From Pseudomonadota bacterium (GTDB taxonomy: Bacteria; Desulfobacterota; Desulfobulbia; Desulfobulbales; SURF-16): 64,000 bases of DNA. The first letter of the stretch is position 1, and each line of letters opens with the position of its first letter. Both the position numbers and the translations under genes were made by a program. The DNA lies in the NCBI GenBank assembly GCA_018816555.1, contig JAHIVT010000086.1:36973-100972 (forward strand), in the 5' to 3' direction. This document shows positions 31,101 through 41,217 of the stretch, piece by piece. The notes beneath the pieces were generated by a model. The model was not told the DNA's origin. It did no database searches and worked only from the letters and a program-made list of their open reading frames with translations.

Positions 31101-32635
31101 CGGTGCTTGACACCGGAATCGGCATTCCCAAGGATAAGATCGGCCTGCTTTTTGGCAAGTTCTCCCAGGTGGATGCCTCAACCACGCGCCAGTATGGCGG
31201 AAGCGGACTGGGACTGGCCATCTCCAAACAGCTGGCCGAGATGATGCATGGTGAAGTGGGTGTTGTGAGCGAAGAGGGCCGGGGTTCGGAGTTCTGGTTC
31301 ACCGCAAGACTGTCCAGGCAGTCGGAAGGGAAGCAGGCGGAATCGCCACCGGCCATGGACCTGCGCGGCCTGAGGGTTTTGATCGTGGATGATAATGCCG
31401 CCAGCCGCGAGATTCTTTCAACCCGTCTTGCCTCCTGGTTCATGCGTCCGGCCCAGACCAAGGACGGCCGGGAGGCTCTTGACATGCTGCATCAGGCGTT
31501 GGATGAAGGTGATCCCTTCCCTATCGCGGTAATTGACATGCAGATGCCATTCATGGACGGAGAGGAGCTGGGAAGGCTGATTAAGGCGGATGTGAGGTTG
31601 GCGGATACCCAACTGGTGATGTTGACCTCCCTTGGAACACGGGGTGACGCCAGGAGGTTTGAGGAGATCGGCTTTGCAGCTTATCTGACCAAGCCGGCCC
31701 GCCATCATGAATTATATACTGTTTTATCCGCTCTCCCGCGGTTTTTGCCGGATATCCATGATCAGCCGGGTGGAGGGCTGCTTCAGCAACGTCGGCCTAT
31801 TGTGACCCGTTATTCGGCCCGGGAACTGCGGCACCTGTTTGCCGGTTCAGGTGCGCGGATTCTGGTGGTGGAGGATAACGCCACCAACCAGCAGGTGGCA
31901 CTGGGCATCCTCGGTAGACTCGGTCTGCATGCCGATGCCGTGGCCAATGGCGCTGAGGCGGTGAGGACATTGGAGACCATTCCCTATGACCTGGTGCTGA
32001 TGGATGTGCAGATGCCGGTGATGGACGGTTATGAGGCAGCCCGGCAGATTCGCCGGCGTTCCGCCATTCTCAATCCGCGAATCCCCATCATCGCCATGAC
32101 CGCCCACGCCATGCAGGGTGACCGGGAAAAATGTCTTGCCGCCGGTATGAACGACTATCTGGCCAAGCCCGTTTCCCCCCAGGACGTGGCCGAGAAACTT
32201 TACAGGTGGCTCGGTCCCGAGGGGGAAGTCAGAAGCAGGAGACAACAGGCAAGAGAATACGTTACATCTGCAGAAGGTAAATCAGCAGCTGTATTCGATC
32301 TGGAGGCCATGCTGAAGAGGCTGCTGGAGGACAAAGCCCTGGCGTGCATCGTCATAGAAGGTTTTCTGCAGGATATCCCCCAGCAGATGCAGGAGCTGAA
32401 AGAGGTGCTGGCAGGTGACGATGTTGCCACTGCCGAACGCCAGGTACATACCATCAAGGGTGCGGCGGCCAGTGTCGGCGGGGAATGCATGCAGGCGGTG
32501 GCCCAGGAGATGGAAAAAGCCGGTAAGGCGGGGAACCTGGCCTTCATGCGGCAGCGGATGACTGCGTTGGAGGAGGAGTTCGACCGGTTGCGACAGGCCA
32601 TGGAAAAAGAGATGGAAAAACTCACGGAATTGTGA
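28118..32635 (+). CDS. Hybrid sensor histidine kinase (periplasmic sensor, CHASE, 2xPAS, HisKA, HATPase, 2xREC, Hpt)
   Basis: CHASE '[21 protein letters not shown]'; '[15 protein letters not shown]'; Hpt 'HTIKG'. Confidence 0.93.
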   Translation: MTRVTEVKKLGLGSAIAAVLIVGVLLAWWSVQAADRRMREDLLRHTRLVAQAIDVRRVKALSGTETDLALPEYQRFKQQLIATLTVFPRCRFLYLMGRRPDGKVFFYADSEPAGSADESPAGQIYEEISPYYLRVFDTGVEGAVGPVTDRWGTWVTSLIPLTDPDTGDLLAVLGMDIDARDWQWETVRAGFFPLLVTVVLVALLLAGNAVLAWRGRLGGRYGNGLRHAEAVLAGIIGLTLTLAAALADDQAKDRSHVERFSPLVSSQTSRVAAVFEALGDIELEGLARFISSSRQVNKQEFGAFTEYLVRKNTIQAWEWIPVVPAEEKDFFEQERRQEGLPDYRIWQKDAAGKPAPAAGRQFYYPVLYVAPLAGNESVLGFDLGSEPVRRSALEEAARSRLPTCTDPISLVQETDGQQGLLVYRPVYPDKETGSPQGFALAVLHLGTFLQNAVGPSLGKPAIYLDLYQLRAGEPALLLASTSAAKNKTPLTAPLPVVRPLFVFGKTFAVVVRPGPAFTALHPAGHGWMTVLAGLVMTGAIALVIGFITHRREELELLVQERTTALVESESLQRLLINNLGAGVMIIDARTHVVERVNPWAARLIGTPAEEIVGRVCHGFVCPFLPENCPVKNSCHSSDNMDRVIQRPDGSQVSIMTSVQRIRIQGREKLLETFVDITDRKRVEEGIRQSRELLNTLIEAIPIPVFYKDVQGVYLGCNTLFAEFLGKPTEAIVGKTAFDIAPHDLANCYHQADLDLMASGKTQIYEAAVVHADGSRRQIMFHKAPFFSAGDDLLGLVGAMLDITDRKQAEDELLHMNRQLEVATVRANDMAVKAAMASAAKSEFLANMSHEIRTPMNGVIGMTGLLLETDLSDEQRRYAEIVLASADSLLGLINDILDFSKIEAGKLDLEILDFDLHNLLDDFASSMALRAHDKGLELLCSAAPEVPASLRGDPGRLRQILINLMANAIKFTPAGEVAIRVTLLSEREGEVLLRFAVLDTGIGIPKDKIGLLFGKFSQVDASTTRQYGGSGLGLAISKQLAEMMHGEVGVVSEEGRGSEFWFTARLSRQSEGKQAESPPAMDLRGLRVLIVDDNAASREILSTRLASWFMRPAQTKDGREALDMLHQALDEGDPFPIAVIDMQMPFMDGEELGRLIKADVRLADTQLVMLTSLGTRGDARRFEEIGFAAYLTKPARHHELYTVLSALPRFLPDIHDQPGGGLLQQRRPIVTRYSARELRHLFAGSGARILVVEDNATNQQVALGILGRLGLHADAVANGAEAVRTLETIPYDLVLMDVQMPVMDGYEAARQIRRRSAILNPRIPIIAMTAHAMQGDREKCLAAGMNDYLAKPVSPQDVAEKLYRWLGPEGEVRSRRQQAREYVTSAEGKSAAVFDLEAMLKRLLEDKALACIVIEGFLQDIPQQMQELKEVLAGDDVATAERQVHTIKGAAASVGGECMQAVAQEMEKAGKAGNLAFMRQRMTALEEEFDRLRQAMEKEMEKLTEL

Positions 32636-32718
32636 AAGACGCCGAGGATCCGGAGGGCGCCGGTGCTGTCTCTCCACAGGTTTGCCGGCCGGAACATAGA
32701 TCAGGCAAGGAGAACGCC

Positions 32719-33342
32719 ATGCGTATTTTGATCGCTGAAGACGACTTGACGTCACGCTTCATGCTGTCCGCCGTGTTGAAAAAAGATGGACATGAGGTGG
32801 TGGAAACCACCAATGGGCCGCAAGCCCTGGACACCCTGCTGAAATCCGACGCGCCGCGACTGGCCATTCTCGACTGGATGATGCCCGGCATGGACGGGCT
32901 TGAAGTGGTACGCCGGATCCGTGCCATGCCATCCCTGTTGCCGCCCTATATCATCATCCTGACCACCAGGGGAGGAAAGGCGGATGTCATCGCCGGACTC
33001 GATGCCGGGGCGGATGACTATCTGGCCAAGCCGTTTGATCCCGGAGAACTCCGGGCCAGGATCGAGGTGGGCCGACGCATGATCCGGATGCAGGAAAGAT
33101 TGACCGCACAGATGCAGGAACTGCGCGAAGCCGTGGACCACATCAAAACCCTGCAGGGCATCATACCCATCTGTTCGTTCTGCAAGAAGATCCGTGACGA
33201 TGAGGGCTACTGGGACCAGGTTGAGGCCTATTTCAGCCGACATTCCGAGGCCCGGTTCAGCCACGGTATCTGTCCCGAGTGCCTGCAAAAGAACTACCCT
33301 GAATGTGCAGACGATGTTGATGGCCAAGAGGGGCCGACATGA
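32719..33342 (+). CDS. Response regulator with C-terminal CxxC...HxxCxxC domain
   Basis: 'MRILIAEDD', 'DWMMP', 'KPF'; tail 'PICSFCKKIRDDEGYW...FSHGICPEC'; AAGGAG RBS before ATG 32719. Confidence 0.88.
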   Translation: MRILIAEDDLTSRFMLSAVLKKDGHEVVETTNGPQALDTLLKSDAPRLAILDWMMPGMDGLEVVRRIRAMPSLLPPYIIILTTRGGKADVIAGLDAGADDYLAKPFDPGELRARIEVGRRMIRMQERLTAQMQELREAVDHIKTLQGIIPICSFCKKIRDDEGYWDQVEAYFSRHSEARFSHGICPECLQKNYPECADDVDGQEGPT

Positions 33343-36300
33343 AAATACCCACATCTGACCAGCCGACGGCACGGGCGGTGGTGGTCAACGATGACGTGAC
33401 TCAGCTCAATGTGCTGGCCGGCCTGTTGCGCAGGGAAGGGCTTGATGTTCGGACATTCCAAAGCGCGGAGGCTGCCCTTGTCGCCATGGACCGTGACCGG
33501 CTGGTTGAGCTCATTGTCACCGACCTTTACATGCAGGGTATCGACGGCTGGCGTTTCTGCCGTCTGCTCCGCTCCCCTGAATACCAATTCTGCAATCATA
33601 TTCCGATTCTGGTCGTTTCAGCCACCTTTGCCGGTGAAGAGGCCTCCCGCATCACCGAGGAACTGGGCGCCAACGCCTTCCTGCCCTCACCGGTGGACGG
33701 CACTCGGTTTCTTGCCCAGGTGCGGGGACTTCTCTCAGGCAGTTTGCCGCGTCCCGTTCGCCGGGTTTTGATTGTGGAGGACAGCAAGACCCTGGCCAAT
33801 GCCCTGCAGAAGGTTTTTACGACCCATGGTTACCTGGCCGATACGGCATTTACCGCTCGGGCTGCGGCAGAAGCCTTCAGCCGCGAGGTTTATGACATTG
33901 CCCTGCTGGACTATCATCTGCCTGATGCCAAGGGGGACAGGCTGCTGGCGGATTTTTGCCACGGGCGGCCCGATTGCGTCTGCATCATGATGACCACCGA
34001 TCCCAGTCCGGAACTGGCCCTGGCCTGGATGAAGCAGGGTGCGGCAGCCTATCTGCGCAAACCCTTTGACCCGGAGTATCTTATTGAAGTCTGCGCCCGG
34101 ACCTGCCGGGAAAGATCCCTGCTGCGGGTGGAAGATCTGCTGGAAAAAAGAAGCCGCGAACTGCGGGAGGCCGAATGCCGCTATCGCGTTTTCTTTGATC
34201 AGGGGCCGGACGGAGTGGTGATCCTCAATCCGGAAACCGCACAGCCGCTTGAGTTCAATGAACAGGTCTGCCGGCAGCTGGGCTATTCCCGGCAGGAGTT
34301 TGCCCGGCTGAGCCTTGCCGATATCGAGGCTGCGGAAACGGCCGAACAGACCCGGGCTCACATCCGCCGGGTGATGCAAGAGGGAAGCGACTCGTTTGAT
34401 ACCATGCAGCGCACCAAGCAGGGTGAAATCAGACATGTGCACGTAACGGCCCAGGTGCTTGATGTGGCAGGCCGCCCCGTCTACCACTGCATCTGGCGGG
34501 ACATTACCGCACGCAAGCGGGCAACGGAGATGCTGCGGCTCAGCGAGAAGCGAGTCAGGGCCAAGCTTGACGCCATTCTGTTGCCGGAAGGAGATATCGG
34601 CCTGCTTGATTTGCGCGATATCCTGGATGTGCAGGCGATCCAGGAGCTGATGAACGATTTTTATAAACTGACCCATATCGGCGTCGGCATTGTCGATCTG
34701 CGCGGCAAGGTGCTGGTGGCCACCGGCTGGCAGGATATCTGCCTCAAGTTTCACCGCCTCCATCTTGAAACCCGAAGAAACTGTATTGAAAGCGACACGG
34801 AGCTGTCCGCCGGGGTGCCGGCCGGCACATTCAGGATCTACAAATGCAAAAACAACATGTGGGATATTGTCACGCCGATCACCGTGGGGGACAGGCACAT
34901 GGGCAACCTGTTTCTCGGCCAGTTCCTCTTTAGCGAAGACAGGCCGGATCGCGAAACCTTTGCAGCCCAGGCCAGGCTATACGGGTTTGCTGAGGATGAG
35001 TACCTGGCTGCCCTGGAGCGGGTGCCGCGCTGGAGCCGGGACACCGTCAACACCATCATGAATTTCTACGCCTGTTTCACCACCCTGCTTTCAACCCTGA
35101 GCTACAGCAACATCAAGCTGGCCCGCGCCATGGAAGAGCGCAGGTTGGCCGAGGCGGCGCTGCGGGAAAGCGAGGCCCGGCTGGCCAAATCCAACCAGCT
35201 CATGGCCGGGGTGCTGGAACATACCCATATGATGGCGGCTTACCTTGACGTTCGGTTCAATTTTATCTGGGTCAATCGCGCCTATGCGGCGACATGCCGC
35301 CACGATCCTGCCTTTTTCCCGGGCAAGAACCACTTTGATCTCTATCCCCACGCAGAGAACCATGCGATTTTTCAGCAGGTCGTGGATACGGGGGAACCCT
35401 TTTTCGTGGCGGCAAAACCTTTCGAGTTCCCCGATCAACCCCAGCGCGTGACCTATTGGGACTGGAGTCTGATCCCCACCAAGGATTCGACCGGTAAAAC
35501 CGCGGGACTTGTTTTTACCCTGGCCGAGGTCACCAGCCGCGTCAGAGCCGAGGAAGAGCTGCGCCAAAGCGCCAGGGAACTGCAGTGGCTCTTCAAGAGT
35601 ATGATCAACGCTTTTGTTATTTTTGAGTCTGTTTTTGACGCCGATAACAATTTCATCAGTTATCGGTTTGTCTACATTAATGACGCATATGAACGCATCA
35701 CCGGGGTGAAGAACGAGGAGGTTAAGGGCAGGACGGTCCATGAGGTATGGCCCGAAACCGAACCGGAATGGATCAGGAAGTATGGTGAGGTCGCGGTTTC
35801 CGGTGTTTCCCAGTCCTTTGATATGTATCATGATCCGACCAGGAAACTTTATCATTGTAATGTCTATCGGCCGTGGGATACCAGGGATCGCTTCTGCGTA
35901 ATTTTCGAAGACATTACCGAACGCAAGAAAGCGGAGTCGGAACGGGAACGGCTGCTTTCGGCCATTGAACAGTCCGGCGAGATCATCGTCATCACCGACC
36001 CCGCTGGGATCATCCAGTATGTCAACCCGGCCTTTGAACGGACAACGGGCTACAGCCGCGACGAGGTTGTCGGCCGTAACCCGCGTATTCTCAAGAGCGG
36101 CAAGCAGGATGCGGCCTTTTATGAGCAAATGTGGCGTGAGATATCCGGCGGCCGTAACTGGCAGGGGCGTTTCGTTAATAAACGTAAGGACGGCACGCTC
36201 TTTACCGAGGAGGCCACCATCTCGCCGGTGCGGGATACAGGGGGGCGGATCATCAACTACGTGGCCGTCAAACGCGACATTACCGAGCATCTGCGCAGCC

Positions 36301-37484
36301 ACGAGGAGAAAGTCAAACTGGAGGCCCAGTTTCAGCAGGCCCAGAAACTTGAGTCCGTCGGCCGCCTGGCAGGCGGCGTGGCCCATGATCTCAACAATCT
36401 GCTTGCCCCGATTCTCGGGTACGGCGAGATGCTGCTGGATGATTTCAGCGAGGAGGACGCCCGCAAAGAGGACATGGGGGAGATCGTCAAGGCGGGCAAG
36501 CGAGCCCGGGATCTGGTGCGCCAGCTGCTGGCCTTAAGCCGCAGACAGGTGATGGAGTTCAATTCTATTGACCTGAACAGCGTTTTGACCCAGTTTGAGA
36601 AGCTGTTGCGACGCACCATCAGGGAAGATATCGTCATTGATGTCATCCGGAGTCCTTCACTGCCGCACATCATGGGTGATATCGGCCAGCTGGAGCAGGT
36701 GATCATGAATCTGGCGGTCAACGCCCAGGACTCCATGCCCGAGGGCGGCAGGCTGAGCATTGAAACGGAGATGGTTGAGGTGGATGAGTCCTATGCCGCG
36801 GAAAAGCCTGGCATGACCGCCGGTCCATACGTCAGGCTGGCTCTCAGCGACACGGGCTGCGGCATGGACTCCGAAACCCTGACCCACATCTTTGAGCCTT
36901 TTTTCACCACCAAGGCCAAGGACCAGGGCACCGGCCTGGGTCTGGCCACTGTTTACGGCATTGTCAAGCAGCACGGCGGCAGTATCTGGATCAACAGTGA
37001 ACCAGGTAAGGGTTCGACCTTCAAGCTTTACTTTCCCGTTGCCGAGACCCCGGCAGCGGCAGCGGAAGCCCCTGCGTCAAAGCCTGCGGACATGGGCGGC
37101 TCAGAGACCATTCTGCTGGTGGAAGATAATGAGCAGGTAAGAAATCTTGCCCGTACCATTCTCAGCCGCCGGGGCTACTCGCTCCTCATCGCCCATGACG
37201 GTAATGACGCGCTGCGTATACTCGATCAACACCAGGGGCCGGTACACCTGCTCCTCACCGACGTGATTATGCCCGGGATGAGCGGCAGAGAGCTTTTTGA
37301 TCGGATTGCCGCCCTTCATCCTGATATCAGGGTGCTCTATATGTCGGGTTATACCGATGATGTCATTGCACATAGCGGCGTGCTTGACGCGGGCGTCAAC
37401 TTTATCCAGAAACCCTTTACCGTTCATGCCCTGCTGACCAAAGTCCGGGAAGCGCTGGAGCAGGTTGCCGGTAATATTTCCTGA
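33339..37484 (+). CDS. Cytoplasmic hybrid kinase (REC-REC-PAS-PocR-PAS-PAS-PAS-HisKA-HATPase-REC)
   Basis: PocR '[11 protein letters not shown]...C..SD...YKCKNNMWD'; H-box '[10 protein letters not shown]'; C-terminal REC; no TM. Confidence 0.92.
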   Translation: MKIPTSDQPTARAVVVNDDVTQLNVLAGLLRREGLDVRTFQSAEAALVAMDRDRLVELIVTDLYMQGIDGWRFCRLLRSPEYQFCNHIPILVVSATFAGEEASRITEELGANAFLPSPVDGTRFLAQVRGLLSGSLPRPVRRVLIVEDSKTLANALQKVFTTHGYLADTAFTARAAAEAFSREVYDIALLDYHLPDAKGDRLLADFCHGRPDCVCIMMTTDPSPELALAWMKQGAAAYLRKPFDPEYLIEVCARTCRERSLLRVEDLLEKRSRELREAECRYRVFFDQGPDGVVILNPETAQPLEFNEQVCRQLGYSRQEFARLSLADIEAAETAEQTRAHIRRVMQEGSDSFDTMQRTKQGEIRHVHVTAQVLDVAGRPVYHCIWRDITARKRATEMLRLSEKRVRAKLDAILLPEGDIGLLDLRDILDVQAIQELMNDFYKLTHIGVGIVDLRGKVLVATGWQDICLKFHRLHLETRRNCIESDTELSAGVPAGTFRIYKCKNNMWDIVTPITVGDRHMGNLFLGQFLFSEDRPDRETFAAQARLYGFAEDEYLAALERVPRWSRDTVNTIMNFYACFTTLLSTLSYSNIKLARAMEERRLAEAALRESEARLAKSNQLMAGVLEHTHMMAAYLDVRFNFIWVNRAYAATCRHDPAFFPGKNHFDLYPHAENHAIFQQVVDTGEPFFVAAKPFEFPDQPQRVTYWDWSLIPTKDSTGKTAGLVFTLAEVTSRVRAEEELRQSARELQWLFKSMINAFVIFESVFDADNNFISYRFVYINDAYERITGVKNEEVKGRTVHEVWPETEPEWIRKYGEVAVSGVSQSFDMYHDPTRKLYHCNVYRPWDTRDRFCVIFEDITERKKAESERERLLSAIEQSGEIIVITDPAGIIQYVNPAFERTTGYSRDEVVGRNPRILKSGKQDAAFYEQMWREISGGRNWQGRFVNKRKDGTLFTEEATISPVRDTGGRIINYVAVKRDITEHLRSHEEKVKLEAQFQQAQKLESVGRLAGGVAHDLNNLLAPILGYGEMLLDDFSEEDARKEDMGEIVKAGKRARDLVRQLLALSRRQVMEFNSIDLNSVLTQFEKLLRRTIREDIVIDVIRSPSLPHIMGDIGQLEQVIMNLAVNAQDSMPEGGRLSIETEMVEVDESYAAEKPGMTAGPYVRLALSDTGCGMDSETLTHIFEPFFTTKAKDQGTGLGLATVYGIVKQHGGSIWINSEPGKGSTFKLYFPVAETPAAAAEAPASKPADMGGSETILLVEDNEQVRNLARTILSRRGYSLLIAHDGNDALRILDQHQGPVHLLLTDVIMPGMSGRELFDRIAALHPDIRVLYMSGYTDDVIAHSGVLDAGVNFIQKPFTVHALLTKVREALEQVAGNIS

Positions 37485-37615
37485 TATCCCTTCACCCTTG
37501 ATTTCCTGAGTCGAGGTATGCTTCCGGCCGGAGTGCTTCGAGCCGGAAAGCACATCCCGCTGTTTGTCTCATGCATTTCACCACAGAAAATGGCAATTCG
37601 ACATTTTGCCGTCTG

Positions 37616-37637
37616 CGCTCGACAATAGTGTCGAGCG
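37616..37637. promoter_or_regulatory. Palindromic candidate enhancer (UAS) for a sigma54 activator
   Basis: CGCTCGACA-ATAG-TGTCGAGCG, ~105 bp upstream of the -24 element. Confidence 0.5.
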
Positions 37638-37742
37638 ACGGGTGTCAAAAAAGGTGTTTCTCTTGGTATCCTCCAGCCTCAATCCGGCAAAATAAAAAGA
37701 AATAACCATGAAATTGATAAGTTATGAAGTTTGTCGCGGTGT

Positions 37743-37757
37743 TGGCACGCAAGTTGA
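37743..37757 (+). promoter_or_regulatory. Sigma54 (-24/-12) promoter
   Basis: TGGCAC-GCAAG-TTGA versus consensus TGGCAC-N5-TTGC, upstream of a ZraP/Spy-like gene. Confidence 0.65.
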
Positions 37758-37824
37758 AATAGAAGGGATCAAACAGCGCAAAATTCAGCTTAAAAAAAGT
37801 TCCTACATAAAAAGGAGGATCATC

Positions 37825-38307
37825 ATGAAAAAAGTACTGGCAGCACTGGCATTAGCGGCAACAATCGGTTTTTTCGGCATCCAGCAGGCAGACGCGCAGC
37901 GTGGCCCCATGGGTTGGGGCGGAGGGCCTGCCGGGGTTAACTGCTGGAAGGCAAACACCGGACAGAATGGTCAGGTGATGGATGAGGAAACCAAAAAGGC
38001 CTATAATGCCTTTATGGACGCAACGGTTGATCTGCGCCGGGAAATGTTCAGCAAAAATGAGCAGATGCGCGCCTTGACCTTTGCCGCAACTCCGGATGAA
38101 GCAAAAATCGATGTATTGTCCAAGGAAATGTTTGACCTGCGCACCCAGATTCAGGAAAAGGCAGACGAGCTTGGCTGGCAGGGCGGAATGGGCGGCCCCG
38201 GCTTTGCCTGTGGCGGTCCTGGTCGGGGCATGGGCATGGGGATGGGCATGGGTAATGGCATGGGTTCCGGACGGGGAGGCAATGGTCCCTGTCCTAAATG
38301 GAATTAA
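37825..38307 (+). CDS. ZraP/Spy/CpxP-family periplasmic chaperone with Gly/Met-rich tail
   Basis: AGGAGG RBS; signal peptide; 'T..LR.....K..+.AL....PDEAKI..L.KE+.DLR'; GMGMGMG tail. Confidence 0.78.
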   Translation: MKKVLAALALAATIGFFGIQQADAQRGPMGWGGGPAGVNCWKANTGQNGQVMDEETKKAYNAFMDATVDLRREMFSKNEQMRALTFAATPDEAKIDVLSKEMFDLRTQIQEKADELGWQGGMGGPGFACGGPGRGMGMGMGMGNGMGSGRGGNGPCPKWN

Positions 38308-38345
38308 TATAGTTTCTTCACTTCATTTTTCCCCCCTCTCCTCAT

Positions 38346-38386
38346 AAGCAAGCCCCTGTCATATGGCAGGGGCTTGCTTTTTTTTT
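38346..38386 (+). terminator. Intrinsic terminator
   Basis: AAGCAAGCCCCTG / CAGGGGCTTGCTT stem plus poly-T, between convergent genes. Confidence 0.85.
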
Positions 38387-39884
38387 ACGCATCGGCCTGC
38401 TGAGGGGTTTTGGTCGGCGCGGCAAAGAGACTTGCCAGGGCCTTGTCCATGGAAAAGCCGGCGGGAAAATTCTGCTGGTAGAGAGTTGTCGCCAGATTCC
38501 ACTCCTTTTTCACCGATGCCAGATCGCCCATTATCTGTTTCTTGAAGGAGGCGGCGTTCTTTTCCTCGGCAAATTCGCCGTAAAGCAGATAATCATTGCC
38601 CTTGCGGAAAAGCATCACCGAATCTGTCCCCTGCTCACTGCCCCATTCTGTGGTGGTTTTCAGCAGACTCTGGCCGAGCTCATCAAGGATCTGGTCAGCC
38701 ACCACATGGCCGATTTTCTGCTGAAATTCTCCGAAGGTGGGAATATCTATGAAAAAGAGGTCGTAGGGCATGGTGTTGTTTCGTAACAGTTGCGCATCGT
38801 CCAGAAAATAGAGATAACGATAATTGTAAAAGTCTGTCAGCGGTTCCCGGAAATAGGTTTTCCGGCGGAACACCTCGATGTCTTTCATGAAGCCGGCGGT
38901 CACCTGGGGTGGAGGAGCAATATCCTCCGGGATTTCCGGGGCTATCTTTTTCAGCACATTGACAATGTCCTGATCCAGTTGGCCGGCCTTTGCCTCTTTA
39001 TCCACAATGGCAAGGGCCTTGTCCCGTGACATGGGCTGTTTGTATGGTCTTCTTGCCATAAGAGACTCATAGGTGTCCGCCACGGCGACGATTCGTGAAA
39101 AAAGATCAATCTCATCGCCCTTGAGGCCTGCGGGATAACCGCTGCCGTCGAGACGTTCGTGGTGATTGAGGATAATGTCGGCTATCCGATCGTCCTGCAG
39201 GTGCCGGGCAAATATTTTGGCGCCGACCAAGGGATGATACTGCATGATGAAGCGATCCTGGGGATCGAAACGGCCCGGTTTTAACAGGACATCATCAGGA
39301 ATGGCGGTTTTGCCGATGTCATGGACCAGGCAGCCGAATTCAATGATTTTCAGATCATCGTCGCTTAATTTCATTTCCAGGCCGATAAGTCCGGCAATTT
39401 TGGCTACCTGGGCGGCATGTTCAAAGGTGTGCAGGTCCCGGTTAGCGATCATTTCCGCCATGATTTCCAGGATATCATGCAGCATTCTATCGCTTTGCTG
39501 GCGGATCTTTTCTTCCGCCGCACGCCGGACGCGAACCTCTTCGGCCAGCAGAATATTGTTTTCTTTCAGCTGATCCTCACCTGCCTTGATCTTGGCAATG
39601 GTGCTTCTGGTAAAAATGATGACCAGGAAAACAAAAATGGCGCCGCCGAATAAAATGAGCGAGACGAAGACCTGCCTCGGGGAAAAGGTATGTTCCCCGA
39701 GCAGCGGCAGAAAGGCGATATAGCCGAGGAGAAAGAGCGTCATGAGACAGAGGAGCGGAATCCAGTTGTTCTGCAGTTCAATGGGCAGGCTTTTGGTCAT
39801 TTTCCTGCCCAGGATGAGGGAGGCGGACATGAAGATGATGCCGAGAAGGATAAGAGCTGCCGATATGATTGTGGAAGTTGTCAT
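38385..39884 (-). CDS. 3-TM HD-GYP phosphodiesterase with degenerate C-terminal GGDEF-like domain
   Basis: 'HDIGK', 'HHERLDGSGYP', 'RPYK'; C-terminus 'EPLTDFYNYR...GHVVADQIL...FRKGNDY'. Confidence 0.88.
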   Translation of the reverse strand: MTTSTIISAALILLGIIFMSASLILGRKMTKSLPIELQNNWIPLLCLMTLFLLGYIAFLPLLGEHTFSPRQVFVSLILFGGAIFVFLVIIFTRSTIAKIKAGEDQLKENNILLAEEVRVRRAAEEKIRQQSDRMLHDILEIMAEMIANRDLHTFEHAAQVAKIAGLIGLEMKLSDDDLKIIEFGCLVHDIGKTAIPDDVLLKPGRFDPQDRFIMQYHPLVGAKIFARHLQDDRIADIILNHHERLDGSGYPAGLKGDEIDLFSRIVAVADTYESLMARRPYKQPMSRDKALAIVDKEAKAGQLDQDIVNVLKKIAPEIPEDIAPPPQVTAGFMKDIEVFRRKTYFREPLTDFYNYRYLYFLDDAQLLRNNTMPYDLFFIDIPTFGEFQQKIGHVVADQILDELGQSLLKTTTEWGSEQGTDSVMLFRKGNDYLLYGEFAEEKNAASFKKQIMGDLASVKKEWNLATTLYQQNFPAGFSMDKALASLFAAPTKTPQQADA

Positions 39885-39981
39885 TTTTCCTGTGAGACGT
39901 TTTGCATAACCGCATGATCTGAATGGTGTTTGACGGTCTCTTGCCTTCTGCTGGTTGAAATTAAAATGGTAATAAAAAAAA

Positions 39982-40359
39982 CTACAGAAATCCCCGGATC
40001 AGATATGCCGTCAATATCAAACCAAGCAGGCCCAGCACGGCATTGGTAATGATGCCGATATGGCGGTTGTAGCCGGCCGGCATTTCGGCGGGATTGAGCG
40101 TTTTCAGTACCTTAATATGCTGAAAAACCGAATAGATGGCCACAAAGGAGGCGAGCAGCACAAAGGTAATGCCCACGGAGAAGGAAAAATGACGCTGGAA
40201 TGTGAATGTCTTGAGGCTTTCTCCCGCTGATATCTGCAGAAACAGGCCGAAACGTTCGATGACGAAACCAAAGGCCATGAGCGAGGAGCATGTTCTGTTC
40301 CAGGCCAGCAATGTTCGTTCAGCGGCAAAGAGAACTCTCGGATCTTGCAATTCGGACAT
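39982..40359 (-). CDS. YidH/DUF202 inner membrane protein
   Basis: 'DPRVLFAAERTLLAWNRT', 3 TMs. Confidence 0.85.
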   Translation of the reverse strand: MSELQDPRVLFAAERTLLAWNRTCSSLMAFGFVIERFGLFLQISAGESLKTFTFQRHFSFSVGITFVLLASFVAIYSVFQHIKVLKTLNPAEMPAGYNRHIGIITNAVLGLLGLILTAYLIRGFL

Positions 40360-40473
40360 CTGCGGTCGGTCCCTGATGAAGGTCTCTGTCTATTGATGCG
40401 CGGCGGATCGTGGTATAGTGGAGAAAAAGAATGCCCCCGCCCGTATCCGCCATAATAACAAAGGAAAACTATC

Positions 40474-41202
40474 ATGCCTGATTTACAGAAAACATTAGGA
40501 TATCGTTATCTGCATGACACCAAGTTTACCAGAAAAAACATCAGAGAGAAAGAGAGACCTGCCATTGCCCCGGCCCCGGCCTTTAAGGATTATCCCGGAG
40601 CGGAAAAGATTGATTTGCCGAAAAACCCGCAAAAGCCCGCGGCTGATCTATGGCAGTTGCTGCAGCAGAGGAGATCCCTGCGTAATTTTTCCGGCAGCCC
40701 CATGAGCCTTGATGATCTGGCGCTGCTGCTCTGGGCCTGCCAGGGGATAACCGCTCGGGCGGGAGCCTATCTGCTGCGCACCGCACCCTCGGCCGGGGCC
40801 CTGTATCCCATTGAAACCTATGTGGCGGCTGATCGTATCGAGGGGCTGGCGCCCGGTCTGTTTCATCTCAATGTCGGAACCTTCCAGCTTGAACGTCTCA
40901 CCGATAAGCCCGCCGGGGCGCTGGTGGCCCAGGCAGCCCTTGATCAGTCCTTTATTGGCCAGGCTGCTGCGGTTTTTGTCTGGTCGGCGGTTCTGCGCCG
41001 CAATATGGCCAAATACGGCCAGCGGGGCCTGCGCTATATCTGCATGGATGCCGGGCATATCTGCCAGAATCTGCAACTGGCGGCCGAGGCGCTGGGCAGG
41101 CGGAGCTGCCCGGTGGCGGCGATATATGATGATGAGCTGGGTGACCTGCTGGGACTTGACGGGGTGGAAGAGAGCGCGATCTATCTGGCCCCTGTGGGCT
41201 GA
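40474..41202 (+). CDS. SagB/ThcOx-like nitroreductase-family protein
   Basis: 'RRSLRNF', 'RTAPSAGALYPIETY', 'KYGQRGLRY..MDAGH..QN'. Confidence 0.88.
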   Translation: MPDLQKTLGYRYLHDTKFTRKNIREKERPAIAPAPAFKDYPGAEKIDLPKNPQKPAADLWQLLQQRRSLRNFSGSPMSLDDLALLLWACQGITARAGAYLLRTAPSAGALYPIETYVAADRIEGLAPGLFHLNVGTFQLERLTDKPAGALVAQAALDQSFIGQAAAVFVWSAVLRRNMAKYGQRGLRYICMDAGHICQNLQLAAEALGRRSCPVAAIYDDELGDLLGLDGVEESAIYLAPVG

Positions 41203-41217
41203 TGGCCGTATGTGCGG

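Noticed and set aside
37708-37824. ORF-track upstream starts here and at 1043, 8178, 19918, 27740, 32632, 49883, 54202
   Set aside because: Downstream ATGs fit RBS position, gene overlaps or family N-termini better
40474-41202. Azole-RiPP biosynthetic cluster around the SagB-like gene
   Set aside because: No YcaO, E1-like protein or Cys/Ser-rich precursor nearby; stand-alone members are common
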